Positions 30,068-39,222 of a DNA stretch of 50,767 bases are shown piece after piece. The notes under the pieces are model-generated. The model had not been told where the DNA came from. It searched no databases and saw only the letters and a list, made by a program, of their open reading frames with translations. Numbering within the stretch: the first letter of the stretch is position 1; every line of letters starts with the position of its first letter. This stretch comes from Candidatus Bathyarchaeia archaeon (GTDB lineage Archaea > Thermoproteota > Bathyarchaeia > TCS64), in NCBI GenBank assembly GCA_050014495.1, contig JBEKDF010000020.1, forward strand, positions 1 to 50,767, in the 5' to 3' direction. The position numbers and the translations under genes are program-made.

Positions 30068-30340
30068 ATGTCCGAGAAACTTAGAGAATCGGTGATTAAC
30101 TGGGAGAAGGAAGCAGATCGACTTGCAAAGGAGGCCATGAAGGCTGGGGCAGCTGCGTCAGAGGATCTTGAGAAGCAGCTAAGTAAATCGAGGTCGGAGG
30201 GGGATAAGCTGATGAAGTCGATTGGAGACGAGTCAAGGCAAGCTGACAAGCAGCTAAGGAAAATTCTGGAGGATTTAGAATCCAGGTCCAAGATAGCCCA
30301 AGATAAGCTCACTAGGGCTTGGAATGAATTAAAGAAATAA
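30068..30340 (+). CDS. Small amphipathic helical or coiled-coil protein
   Basis: Charged helical ORF; ATG at 30068 preferred over GTG at 30038. Confidence 0.65.
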   Translation: MSEKLRESVINWEKEADRLAKEAMKAGAAASEDLEKQLSKSRSEGDKLMKSIGDESRQADKQLRKILEDLESRSKIAQDKLTRAWNELKK

Positions 30341-30609
30341 GAATTATAAATCGTTTTCAAGATTCTATTTCGTACTTAGATCAGTTCCTTTTTGTCAAGC
30401 GCTAATATGAATTGAAGTGATGGCTCTGGAGTCAACCCCGTTTCCTCCATTAAAACTCTTCACAAGGGCCTAAACATTAAGGCGCTTCATCGAATCGGGC
30501 GAGGTAGTCCGGTTTGGGAGAGTGGATTACATAACCTGTTGCATAATCGATGAGGTCACGCTTGTACATCCTTATTACTACTAGAGTTTCACGATTAGTT
30601 GGTCTTAGC

Positions 30610-31905
30610 TTGAAGAAGATAGTAATGGTTGGCGCTGGCCCTGCAAGTCTATTCGCCGCGAAGCAACTAGCAGGCAAATATGAGGTGACCATCCTTGATG
30701 AGGGTGGACACGTTGGAGGCTCCGGCCTTTACTCGGATGGCAAGCTCAACTTCAACCCCCTCATCGGAGGTGACCTCACAGAGTTCATGCCATTGAATGA
30801 TGCTTGGGAGGTAATAGACGAGATCCGTGAAACGTTTAAGGAACTGGGCGTTGACACCGAGGCCCACGGTGAGGAGGGACAGAATCAGCTTGAGCGCGAG
30901 GCTGCGAGGGCGGGGATACGATTCGTTAGGATCAGTCAGAGTCACATCGGCTCGGATCACCTGCCGGGAATCATGCAGGGAATGAGGAAACAGCTTGAAG
31001 GAATTGGCGTTCACTTCGAGTTAGGTGTAAAGGCAACTGGGCTAGAGCTAGAGGGAACTAAGGTCACGGGAGTCAAGGCGGGTGGGAGAGTGTATCCAGC
31101 TAATGCTGTTTTACTCGCCCCCGGGAGGACCGGGTCGGGTTGGTTGATCAAGTTGTTGTCCTCGCTGGGCGTGGGTATGAATTATAACCCGATTGACATA
31201 GGCGTGAGGGTGGAGGTCCCAAATGAGGTGTTGAATGAGATCGTGAATGAGCATGGTTGCTGGGATCCGAAGTTTCACATCTACACCCCGAGCTACGACG
31301 ACTTCGTGAGGACCTTCTGCGTTTGCCCGAGGGGATTCGTGGCAAAGGAGGAGTATGAGGACGGGCTATTCGGTGTGAATGGGTACTCGAATAGGGATAC
31401 GTCGTCTAAGAACACTAACTTCGCCCTGCTTGTTAGAGTAAGGTTGACTGAGCCTCTAGAGAACACTACTGAGTATGGGAAAGGGATAGCGGAGCTTGCC
31501 AACACACTAGGAGGAAGGAGACCGATCCTTCAGAGGCTTGGAGACCTTCGAGCCCACAGGAGGTCTACCTGGGATCGTTTGAGTAGGAGCTATGTTGAAC
31601 CCACTCTCAGGGAGGTTACACCAGGTGACATCTCCATGGCTTACCCAAGTAGGATAGTCAGTGACATCTCTGAAAGCCTCGAGAGGCTCGAGGCGGTTAT
31701 GCCAGGTGTGGACTCAGATTCAACCCTCATCTACGGTCCGGAGATCAAGTTCTACGCGATGAGGGTCAAGACCGATAAAACCCTTGGCACAAGCGTAGAT
31801 GATCTCTGGGTTGGTGGTGATGGAGCGGGGGTATCGAGAGGCATCGTAGGCGCCGCAGCCTCCGGAATCATAGCTGCGAAGGGTATTAAGGCGAGTCTAG
31901 GATAA
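30610..31905 (+). CDS. FAD-dependent oxidoreductase (COG2509-like)
   Basis: VGAGPA, G.G.YSDGKL, HIGSD, APGR.G, DIGVRVE, VRTFC.CP.G.V and GDGAG.SRG motifs; TTG start inferred. Confidence 0.88.
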   Translation: MKKIVMVGAGPASLFAAKQLAGKYEVTILDEGGHVGGSGLYSDGKLNFNPLIGGDLTEFMPLNDAWEVIDEIRETFKELGVDTEAHGEEGQNQLEREAARAGIRFVRISQSHIGSDHLPGIMQGMRKQLEGIGVHFELGVKATGLELEGTKVTGVKAGGRVYPANAVLLAPGRTGSGWLIKLLSSLGVGMNYNPIDIGVRVEVPNEVLNEIVNEHGCWDPKFHIYTPSYDDFVRTFCVCPRGFVAKEEYEDGLFGVNGYSNRDTSSKNTNFALLVRVRLTEPLENTTEYGKGIAELANTLGGRRPILQRLGDLRAHRRSTWDRLSRSYVEPTLREVTPGDISMAYPSRIVSDISESLERLEAVMPGVDSDSTLIYGPEIKFYAMRVKTDKTLGTSVDDLWVGGDGAGVSRGIVGAAASGIIAAKGIKASLG

Positions 31906-32040
31906 GGCTCAACTGACTGCAGGTAACTGTCAGTCTTGATCAAGAAAATTAATTTCAAAAACCCATCACATTAAGGAAATTGTTAAAAAAATAGGCGCAA
32001 TTTTAGAGATATTATTAACACTGGAAAACTAATAACAATC

Positions 32041-32847
32041 ATGTCAACCCCTAAGCATCAACTTGGGACTATAATCTATCAATCATTCATTGTAGTCCTA
32101 GCCTTAGCTGTAGTGACACTTGGTGTTTACTATTATAATAGTAACAAAAATGTGGCCACACAGGCATCGACAATTGTTTCACTCAACGCAAAGATCAATG
32201 CGACCGAACTCGAAAACATCGGGCTGCAAAGTCAGGTAACCAATCTAGTTACGGAGAAAAACACTCTACAGACTCAGGTTAGCACACTCACCAATGAGAC
32301 TGCATCCCTCAGATCTAGTGTCACCAAACTCTCTGCGAATGTCACGAACCTGACAGCCAAAGTTACTGGCCTCAATACCCAACTTACGGAAAAAAACATA
32401 CAATTAGGGAACCTGACCACTTCGAATACTAACCTGAAGAGCCAAATCACCTCACTGAATGCACAAACATCTTCACTAAATACCACAGTGAGCTCGTTGC
32501 AGAGTCAGCTGAGTAACCAGACCACGATTGTGAACATGGGGAGGACAGTGGCCCTAGAGAATGACAAACAAATCTTACTACCCAAGAACACAACAACCAT
32601 CCTCACCTACAAAACTGACTTTGCGGGCTACATCATTGTCACGTTGACATCAACGAACGGTGTGAGCTTTGGAATGGGGAACTCACAGGCCACCAACACA
32701 TGGTATGGTACATACCCGAGTACGGGAACAGTAGTCACAAGCTCGTTCAAGATCCCAGTGATAGTCGGGAGGACGTACATCAAAATAACGAATCCTTCGA
32801 TGACATCAAATGCGGTAGTCATATTGTATCTATCATATGTCTACTGA
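32041..32847 (+). CDS. Membrane-anchored coiled-coil protein with a C-terminal beta domain
   Basis: N-terminal TM; long L..(Q/S)(V/I)..L heptad run; many NxT/S sequons. Confidence 0.8.
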   Translation: MSTPKHQLGTIIYQSFIVVLALAVVTLGVYYYNSNKNVATQASTIVSLNAKINATELENIGLQSQVTNLVTEKNTLQTQVSTLTNETASLRSSVTKLSANVTNLTAKVTGLNTQLTEKNIQLGNLTTSNTNLKSQITSLNAQTSSLNTTVSSLQSQLSNQTTIVNMGRTVALENDKQILLPKNTTTILTYKTDFAGYIIVTLTSTNGVSFGMGNSQATNTWYGTYPSTGTVVTSSFKIPVIVGRTYIKITNPSMTSNAVVILYLSYVY

Positions 32848-32959
32848 CTATTGTGACGTGAATCTCGCTAAAAATCCCACATATCTCCGCTTCGGGTGAG
32901 CGCTCTCGCGCTCGTAGGTCTTCTCTAAAAACCATGCACCAAACACATTAAATCCGTAA

Positions 32960-33226
32960 CTAGGCCCTAGACGATGTAATGGTTGACATTTTTAAGCTAC
33001 CACCAGACACCCTAAACAGTAATCTGGTTAACCTCTGTAAACTCAATGGATATTCACGGGTTAACGACTCTGCTTCTCCTTTAGGCACACCCGATGATGT
33101 GAGTGCATTCTTGAAGCGCTTCAAAGCAGCCCAGCGCCAAATGGGGAAGATGAATAAAAATAAACTCAGTGTTACGAATATCTTCGCAGAAGAAAATAGG
33201 ATGGAGAGGTAATCCAGTAGGCGCAA
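32960..33226 (-). CDS. Small membrane protein with an F..L...GVP..EA..LTREY motif
   Basis: N-terminal TM; 5 bp downstream of the preceding gene; shares a motif with it. Confidence 0.65.
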   Translation of the reverse strand: MRLLDYLSILFSSAKIFVTLSLFLFIFPIWRWAALKRFKNALTSSGVPKGEAESLTREYPLSLQRLTRLLFRVSGGSLKMSTITSSRA

Positions 33227-33231
33227 TCCGC

Positions 33232-33519
33232 CTACTCATCCCTTGCAGAGTTGCGGGCTTCCCTCATGATGTTAGACCACTTAGTCAACGTCTGTAGGTA
33301 CTCCCTAGTCATCTCCTGAGCCTCGCTCTCGGGTATTCCACCCTCTATGAGGCTCTTTCTGAACACCGCGACCGCTTTCCCTATGTTGGCCGCTGCCTCG
33401 GGGGAGAAGAAGCTGTCTAGTACGCCTTTGATCAGTGTTGGGATCTTCTCGGAGACGGATTCCATGATCTCGGCGATCTCTTTTGGGTCCATTCTTTCAT
33501 GTTTCGGGTTTTGACTCAT
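33232..33519 (-). CDS. Helical hypothetical protein
   Basis: SVSEKIP.LIKG...FSPE....GKAVA.F...L.EGGIP..EA..MTREY. Confidence 0.8.
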   Translation of the reverse strand: MSQNPKHERMDPKEIAEIMESVSEKIPTLIKGVLDSFFSPEAAANIGKAVAVFRKSLIEGGIPESEAQEMTREYLQTLTKWSNIMREARNSARDE

Positions 33520-33595
33520 TTTCTTAACCTCGAGTTATAGAGGGGTGATCAATCGGTATAGGTTTGATGTCAAGAAGTGATCAAATATTGATCAG

Positions 33596-34003
33596 TTATG
33601 TGAGCTGATATCTCCCGTCCTCATTTCTGGTGACCATCTTTTTCTGTATTAGTGCGTCTAATCGCTTCTTCACGGTCACCCTTGATGCTTTTCCACGGAT
33701 GCTTGCCATCTCTCTCGCCATCTCCGAAATATTCATCGGACCCTTCAGAGCCAACGAGTTGAGTATCTCCCTTGTAATCTCGTCTCTATCATCAGTGTTT
33801 CTGTCTAGGTAGTGTTTGACCTCTATGAGCCGTTGAATCATTTTTAGTGGCTCATCGTAGAGCTGTGCACCGATCTTGAGATCATGCATCAGGGAAGCGA
33901 CCTCCGGGAATCTACGTGTCTCCGTGATCATTGCTTCGAGTGAGTTCAATCGGTGAACGACCTCATCGAGCTTCTCGTTAAGTTCTTTGAGGTCATTCAC
34001 CAT
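33596..34003 (-). CDS. Coiled-coil plus wHTH transcriptional regulator
   Basis: DEI...IL..L...GPMNISEM.RE....RGKASR.TV.KRL..L. Confidence 0.8.
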   Translation of the reverse strand: MVNDLKELNEKLDEVVHRLNSLEAMITETRRFPEVASLMHDLKIGAQLYDEPLKMIQRLIEVKHYLDRNTDDRDEITREILNSLALKGPMNISEMAREMASIRGKASRVTVKKRLDALIQKKMVTRNEDGRYQLT

Positions 34004-34090
34004 ATTATCTCACATCGTCATTGAGCGTAGTTGAATTTATATCATCTTTGCACATGCGAGGCGCGCGCTTCTCTGTAAGATATGTGCACA

Positions 34091-36088
34091 TCAATGAATC
34101 CCAAACATTAAAAGTACTCTGAATATTACTCCCCCGAGGGAGACTGCGACAGTTATCTCAATCACACTTATCAGGGCGGCTCTCCTGGCCCCAAACTCCT
34201 TTGCCAGGACAGCTATCGTGGCTATGCAGGGCACGTAGAGCATGACAACGAAGGCGAATACGAACATCTGAGCAGGCGTCAATATCAACGCAAAGTTTGT
34301 GGTGCCCATGATAGAGGCCAGTAGAATGAGAGTAAGCTCCTTCCTCAGGACACCAAACATGAGGACGACTCCAGTAGCCGCAGGCAGACCAAGCCAGAGG
34401 ACCGTCACAGGGCTCAGCAACCACTGCACAACGTTTAGGAGTCCAAGGATGTTTGCGAGATAGACGATTAGGCTTCCAGCTACCATTATCGGGAAAGCCT
34501 CGAAAACGAAGTCCTTGAGCCTAAACCATGTCCGCTGCGCAGTGATCTTCGCCGACGGAAGTTTGTACGCGGGCATCTCCATTATTAGACCCACAGGCTC
34601 ACCGGGGAGCGTCTTGAAGGCTATCCTCCCAAGCACGAAGATTAGGATGAAGTCAATCACGTATAGGGCAGCAGCTGGACCAAAACCGAGGTAAGTCGCA
34701 ACGATTCCCATGATAACGATGCTTCTAGCAGCGCATGGGACTAGACTGGAGACGAAGGCGCATATCAGCCTCTCCCTCTCAGTCTCCATGATGTTGCTTC
34801 CGAGTATCGCTGGCACGTTGCAGCCGAAACCCAGCATCATCGGGATGAACCCTTTCCCGTGAAGCCCAATCTTGTGCATCACGGAGTCCATGAGGAAGGC
34901 GACCCTCGCCATATAGCCGGAGTCCTCCAGGAGGCTGAGAGCGAGATAGAATGGTACAATATAGGGGAGTGCGATGGTAGTTCCGGCAATTACTCCTCCC
35001 GCGAGACCATTCCAGGCTAGGTATTGTAATGGCCCTAAGCCAACAGCAGTGTAGTAGGCATTCTCCAAAACCGTGAAACCCTGTGAGAGTAGGTTAGAGG
35101 TGTAGTTCCCGAAAGTGAATACGGAGTAGAACATCCCAAAGACAACGGCGACCATGAAAACGTATCCAAGGACGGGGTGGCTTGTGGCCTCCTCGAGACT
35201 CACCCATCGACTGCGTTTAGGCTCGACGTTGGAGGTAACCTCGGAGGCGATCCTGCTCGCGTTTATATAACGCTCGGAGGTGAGGGCACTCGCGGCATCG
35301 TGGCCATGAATCTCTTCAATCCTCTTCCTTGCCGTCTCTACACTATCTCTCAGCAAGGTTACCTGTGCGAATGAGACATTCTCCATCTCCTCGTCCCCCT
35401 CTAGGAGTTTTACGGTGACCCATCTACGGGGATAAGGAGTTACTACGCCAACAGCTTCTTTGGCAAGATCCGAGATTATTCCCTCGATTTCGGAGCCAAA
35501 TGAGAGTGGCTTAACGGGAGGCAATTTTTTCTCATGTAGGTCAACTACCTCCGCCATAAGTTCCATGAGGCCAACGTTTTTGGTGGCTATCATCGGAACG
35601 ACTGGGGCCCCGAGGAGCTCTGATAGCTTATCGACGTCGATTCTGATGCCTTTCTTCTCCGCGACATCCATCTCGTTTAGCGCGATAATCAAGTGGGGCT
35701 CCAGTTCCATCAGCTGGGTCGTAAAGAATAGGTTTCTCTCGAGGCTTGAGGCGTCCACGACGTTGACAATGGCGTCCGGGTGCTCCACAACTATATACTC
35801 TCGACTAACCATCTCCTCTAATCCGTAGGTGCTTAGGCTGTATATTCCCGGGAGATCCACGACATCCACTGTATAGCCACTGTAGACTAGAGTCCCTTCC
35901 GCCTTCTTCACAGTCTTACCTGGCCAGTTACCAACATGCTGATGGAGTCCGGTTAGCTGATTGAATACTACGCTTTTTCCCACGTTTGCGTTTCCAGCGA
36001 GTCCGACAGTGATTGTTGTGTTTGCACTGAAAGGTTCATTTGACCTATTAGAATCGTTTTGACGACTCAGAGGAAGGCCACTATCCAT
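34091..36088 (-). CDS. feoB: Ferrous iron transporter FeoB
   Basis: GNANVGKS, GNWPGKTV, DLPGIYS, LEDSGYMAR, GFGCNVPA and MEMPAY motifs. Confidence 0.97.
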   Translation of the reverse strand: MDSGLPLSRQNDSNRSNEPFSANTTITVGLAGNANVGKSVVFNQLTGLHQHVGNWPGKTVKKAEGTLVYSGYTVDVVDLPGIYSLSTYGLEEMVSREYIVVEHPDAIVNVVDASSLERNLFFTTQLMELEPHLIIALNEMDVAEKKGIRIDVDKLSELLGAPVVPMIATKNVGLMELMAEVVDLHEKKLPPVKPLSFGSEIEGIISDLAKEAVGVVTPYPRRWVTVKLLEGDEEMENVSFAQVTLLRDSVETARKRIEEIHGHDAASALTSERYINASRIASEVTSNVEPKRSRWVSLEEATSHPVLGYVFMVAVVFGMFYSVFTFGNYTSNLLSQGFTVLENAYYTAVGLGPLQYLAWNGLAGGVIAGTTIALPYIVPFYLALSLLEDSGYMARVAFLMDSVMHKIGLHGKGFIPMMLGFGCNVPAILGSNIMETERERLICAFVSSLVPCAARSIVIMGIVATYLGFGPAAALYVIDFILIFVLGRIAFKTLPGEPVGLIMEMPAYKLPSAKITAQRTWFRLKDFVFEAFPIMVAGSLIVYLANILGLLNVVQWLLSPVTVLWLGLPAATGVVLMFGVLRKELTLILLASIMGTTNFALILTPAQMFVFAFVVMLYVPCIATIAVLAKEFGARRAALISVIEITVAVSLGGVIFRVLLMFGIH

Positions 36089-36833
36089 TCGCTATGATGT
36101 GATGAGGACCACGTGATAGTTGGATAGTATGTACCCCATTTTCAACCTCCACGAATACGTTCTCCGCTAGTTCTCTGCCTAGGGCAAGGCTCGTGTCTCT
36201 TACTGAGACCTGTATTGGCCCGTTGAATGGGGCCGCGTTGTCGACCTTAAGGATGGTCCCTGGGCATAGGCCCATATCCATTATTCTTTGGGTCGAGGAT
36301 CCACTTCCTCTTACAAAAGCCACTCTCGCGTGTTCTCCTGGTCGAAGGTGGCTGAGCTGGGTCAGAAGCTTGAATCTCCCCCCATCAACCTCACGCACAG
36401 ACTTACACTGCGCACAGTCATTTGCATCAAGGGTGCATGCTGGGATGGGCTTGCCGTCATCTGGGCAAGTTTTAGGGCTTTTGAGAGTGTCGCAGAGGGC
36501 AGCCGCGGTCTCGTCGCTGATGCTATGTTCGAGTTTGCAGGCTTCGTCGTGCACTTTCTCTATTCTTAGCCCTAGAGTGTCATGTAGGAATCTCTCGAGG
36601 AGCCGATGTTTTCTAACTACTTTTTGGGCTCTCGCCATTCCTTTTCCTGTGAGTAAAACGCCTTTGTATGGTTCGTAGGTCACGAGGCCCTCGTCTGCGA
36701 GCTTCTTGATCATCTGTGTGACACTTGAAGGCGCGACCTTCAGCTTTTCTGAGAGGTCCTGATTCTTGGCGAGTTCTCCCCTCTCATTGAAGCTGTGGAT
36801 GGCCTCGAGGTATTCTTCGACGCTTTCACTCAT
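36081..36833 (-). CDS. DtxR/IdeR family metal-dependent repressor with a C-terminal FeoA domain
   Basis: EEYLEAI, SVTQMIKKL, RKHRLLERFL, EACKLEH; FeoA RIMDMGLCPG...APFNGPI...LALG. Confidence 0.95.
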   Translation of the reverse strand: MSESVEEYLEAIHSFNERGELAKNQDLSEKLKVAPSSVTQMIKKLADEGLVTYEPYKGVLLTGKGMARAQKVVRKHRLLERFLHDTLGLRIEKVHDEACKLEHSISDETAAALCDTLKSPKTCPDDGKPIPACTLDANDCAQCKSVREVDGGRFKLLTQLSHLRPGEHARVAFVRGSGSSTQRIMDMGLCPGTILKVDNAAPFNGPIQVSVRDTSLALGRELAENVFVEVENGVHTIQLSRGPHHIIANG

Positions 36834-36846
36834 AGAGCTCAGTCAT

Positions 36847-36886
36847 TTTAGGTGTGCCTAAATATATAAAGTTTGGTCAGCCTAAA
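36847..36886 (-). promoter_or_regulatory. Two DtxR-type operator palindromes flanking the TATA box of the dtxR-feoB operon
   Basis: TTTAGG-TGTG-CCTAAA at 36847-36862 (perfect) and GTTTGG-TCAG-CCTAAA at 36871-36886; minus-strand TTTATATA at 36863-36870, ~30 nt upstream of the ATG. Confidence 0.85.
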
Positions 36887-37007
36887 AAATTTGGTTTCAA
36901 TGCATGAGCACTCGCTCGTTTGGGTTCAAAATGAACTCTCTTGATCGATCAGAGAAAAAAGTCAAAACTCTCCTAAAATAATATTAGAATAATGTCAACC
37001 TTACTAC

Positions 37008-38012
37008 ATGTTGAGTGCCTACCTCATGTCTGACTGGAGAAAATTGCTAAAATATGATCCACTCCCCCCGCTTCTCGAGTCGAACAATTCCTCAATCATT
37101 TACTTCACAAAGCGTGATTTAATGAGGGATGATCAAGGCTCGACTGAGATACCCTGGAGCCAAAAATACGCAACCAAACTCCTGCACAAGCAGCGTGAAG
37201 ACGGCTCTTGGCGCTACCCCAGCAAAAGAAGCGGAGAAAAGTATAGGCAAGACTACGACCAGCTTGAAACCTACAGAAACCTCACTCAACTAGTAGACCT
37301 ATACGAGATCAATAGAAACCACCCAGCAATTCAGCGAGCCTCAGAGTACCTATTCACTAAGCAGACGCCTGAGGGAGACTTTAGAGGCATATACGGTGCA
37401 CAGTACACACCAAACTACTCCGCTGCAATAATGGAGACTCTGATCAAGGCTGGATACGGTAGCGACGAACGTGTCGAAGCAGGGTTCAGATGGCTAACCT
37501 CTTCCAGGCAGAGCGACGGAGGCTGGGCGATCCCCATTCGCACATCGGGGTGCAAGATATTCGAGGCCCTAGCATCAACTTCAACGGTGGTCGGCGACCA
37601 AACGAAGCCCTCCTCACACATGGTCACTGGTGTTGTTCTACGCGCCTTCGCTGCACATGGTGAATTTAGGAGGAGCGATGTCGCGAGGGACGCTGGGGCT
37701 CTGCTTAGGGATAGTCTCTTCCAGAAGGATGTCTACCCGGATAGGGCAACTGTAGATTATTGGATAAAATTCACTTTTCCTTTCTGGTTCACAGATCTAC
37801 TATCAGCGCTCGACTCTCTATCAAAAATAGGCTTCACCCTTGATGATGAGGAGATCAGCGCTGGATTGAGCTGGTTCACCGAGGAACAGAATGTAGACGG
37901 GGGCTGGAGGCTGAACCTCTTAAAAGGTAAGAGCATACCGAACCTGAACGACTGGGTGACACTGGCTGTTTGCAGGGTATTCATGAGGTTCTACGAGAAT
38001 CTGGAGACTTAA
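37008..38012 (+). CDS. Prenyltransferase/squalene oxidase repeat (alpha/alpha barrel) protein
   Basis: Repeated QW-like motifs QREDGSW, QTPEGDF, QSDGGW and QNVDGGW; start may be 37026. Confidence 0.82.
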   Translation: MLSAYLMSDWRKLLKYDPLPPLLESNNSSIIYFTKRDLMRDDQGSTEIPWSQKYATKLLHKQREDGSWRYPSKRSGEKYRQDYDQLETYRNLTQLVDLYEINRNHPAIQRASEYLFTKQTPEGDFRGIYGAQYTPNYSAAIMETLIKAGYGSDERVEAGFRWLTSSRQSDGGWAIPIRTSGCKIFEALASTSTVVGDQTKPSSHMVTGVVLRAFAAHGEFRRSDVARDAGALLRDSLFQKDVYPDRATVDYWIKFTFPFWFTDLLSALDSLSKIGFTLDDEEISAGLSWFTEEQNVDGGWRLNLLKGKSIPNLNDWVTLAVCRVFMRFYENLET

Positions 38013-38065
38013 CGTGTGCAAGCTTTGATAATGATTACAAAGATAGTAGGTGACACGGTAAAAAT

Positions 38066-39070
38066 TCACATATGGAGTAGGTGCTCCGCGTTGCCATGTG
38101 CGATACGTTCTTTGTCGGCTGGGCTCAATGGCAAATTATCCAGGAAGTTGCGGGCTTGGGACATCGACCCATATGGGTAGTCGGCTGAGAACATGATTCT
38201 GTCTACGCCAACCTGGAGCAGTAAGTCGAGGAAGGCGGGTAGGAAGTTGAAACCGCTGACAGTGTAATGGATGTTCTCACGGAGGTATGTCCCGAGTGGT
38301 CGTTCCAGTTTCGTCGCTTCCTTGGGCAGTCTTTGATCGAGTCTTGGTAGCATGAAGGGGAGTGCTTCACCAAGGTGGCCGATCACTATTTGCAAGTTAG
38401 GGTATTTGTCGAATGCTCCGCCGAGTATTAGTCGGAGTACATGGATTGCGGTCTCGATGTGCCAGCCCCAAGCCGAGGAGGCCAGTGACGCTGATACCTC
38501 GGGTGAGAAGTTGCCTATGTAGTAAGCCTCTACCACCGACCGTGGTGGACGAGTTGGATGGAGGTAGATCGGGACATGTAACGCTTCAGCACGCTCCAGG
38601 ATGGGCCAGAAGAACTTGTCGTCGAGGTATCGACCCCTGATGTGGCCGTTGATCGCTGCCCCTTTGAAGCCATAATGGTGTATTGTGCGCTCTAGTTCTT
38701 CAGCTGCTTTTTCTGGGGCTGGCGTAGGTAACGTAGAGAAACCAGCGAATCTGGTCGGGTGGCTTCTCACTGCGTCTGCGAGGATGTCGTTTGACTCCCG
38801 TGCAAGCTTCACCGCCTCAGGTGCTTCGAGCTGCTCTACACCCGGGGATGTCAGTGAGAGGACCTGCATATCAATGTCTGCTGTATCCATGTCAGCGATC
38901 CTGCGTTCGCCAAGATCGCATAGTTGATCAGTGAGTAGAGAATTGCCGCGGGGGCCGGGACCAGTCTGTGACCGTAATTGCCCTCCAGGCCCTTCTATGA
39001 ATGCTTTGGTCGAGTAATGCTCTTCAAGGGTAATCGTTCGCATCCTCTTACGATTGATTGTTGATGCCAT
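38066..39070 (-). CDS. Amidohydrolase_2 family protein, aromatic-acid decarboxylase-like
   Basis: LEEH, PIYLHP, WGWH.ET, GHLGE.LPF and FSADYPY motifs. Confidence 0.88.
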   Translation of the reverse strand: MASTINRKRMRTITLEEHYSTKAFIEGPGGQLRSQTGPGPRGNSLLTDQLCDLGERRIADMDTADIDMQVLSLTSPGVEQLEAPEAVKLARESNDILADAVRSHPTRFAGFSTLPTPAPEKAAEELERTIHHYGFKGAAINGHIRGRYLDDKFFWPILERAEALHVPIYLHPTRPPRSVVEAYYIGNFSPEVSASLASSAWGWHIETAIHVLRLILGGAFDKYPNLQIVIGHLGEALPFMLPRLDQRLPKEATKLERPLGTYLRENIHYTVSGFNFLPAFLDLLLQVGVDRIMFSADYPYGSMSQARNFLDNLPLSPADKERIAHGNAEHLLHM

Positions 39071-39222
39071 GAATCTATATTACGAGATCGAGACAGATTT
39101 ACGTTATGTCGCAATTACACGAACCAGAGTAGCCCGTCAAGATTACCTAAATAATTTTAGTAACGGGAAAACAATACAATGCCACAGCCGTTAACTAGAA
39201 TCTTGGGAGCCACTAAAAAATC

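Noticed and set aside
32041..32847. Viral fibre or provirus gene
   Set aside because: No capsid, packaging ATPase or integrase nearby; consistent with a cellular coiled-coil surface protein.
37008..38012. Squalene-hopene cyclase
   Set aside because: Single-barrel length and no DxDD motif; only QW-like repeats.
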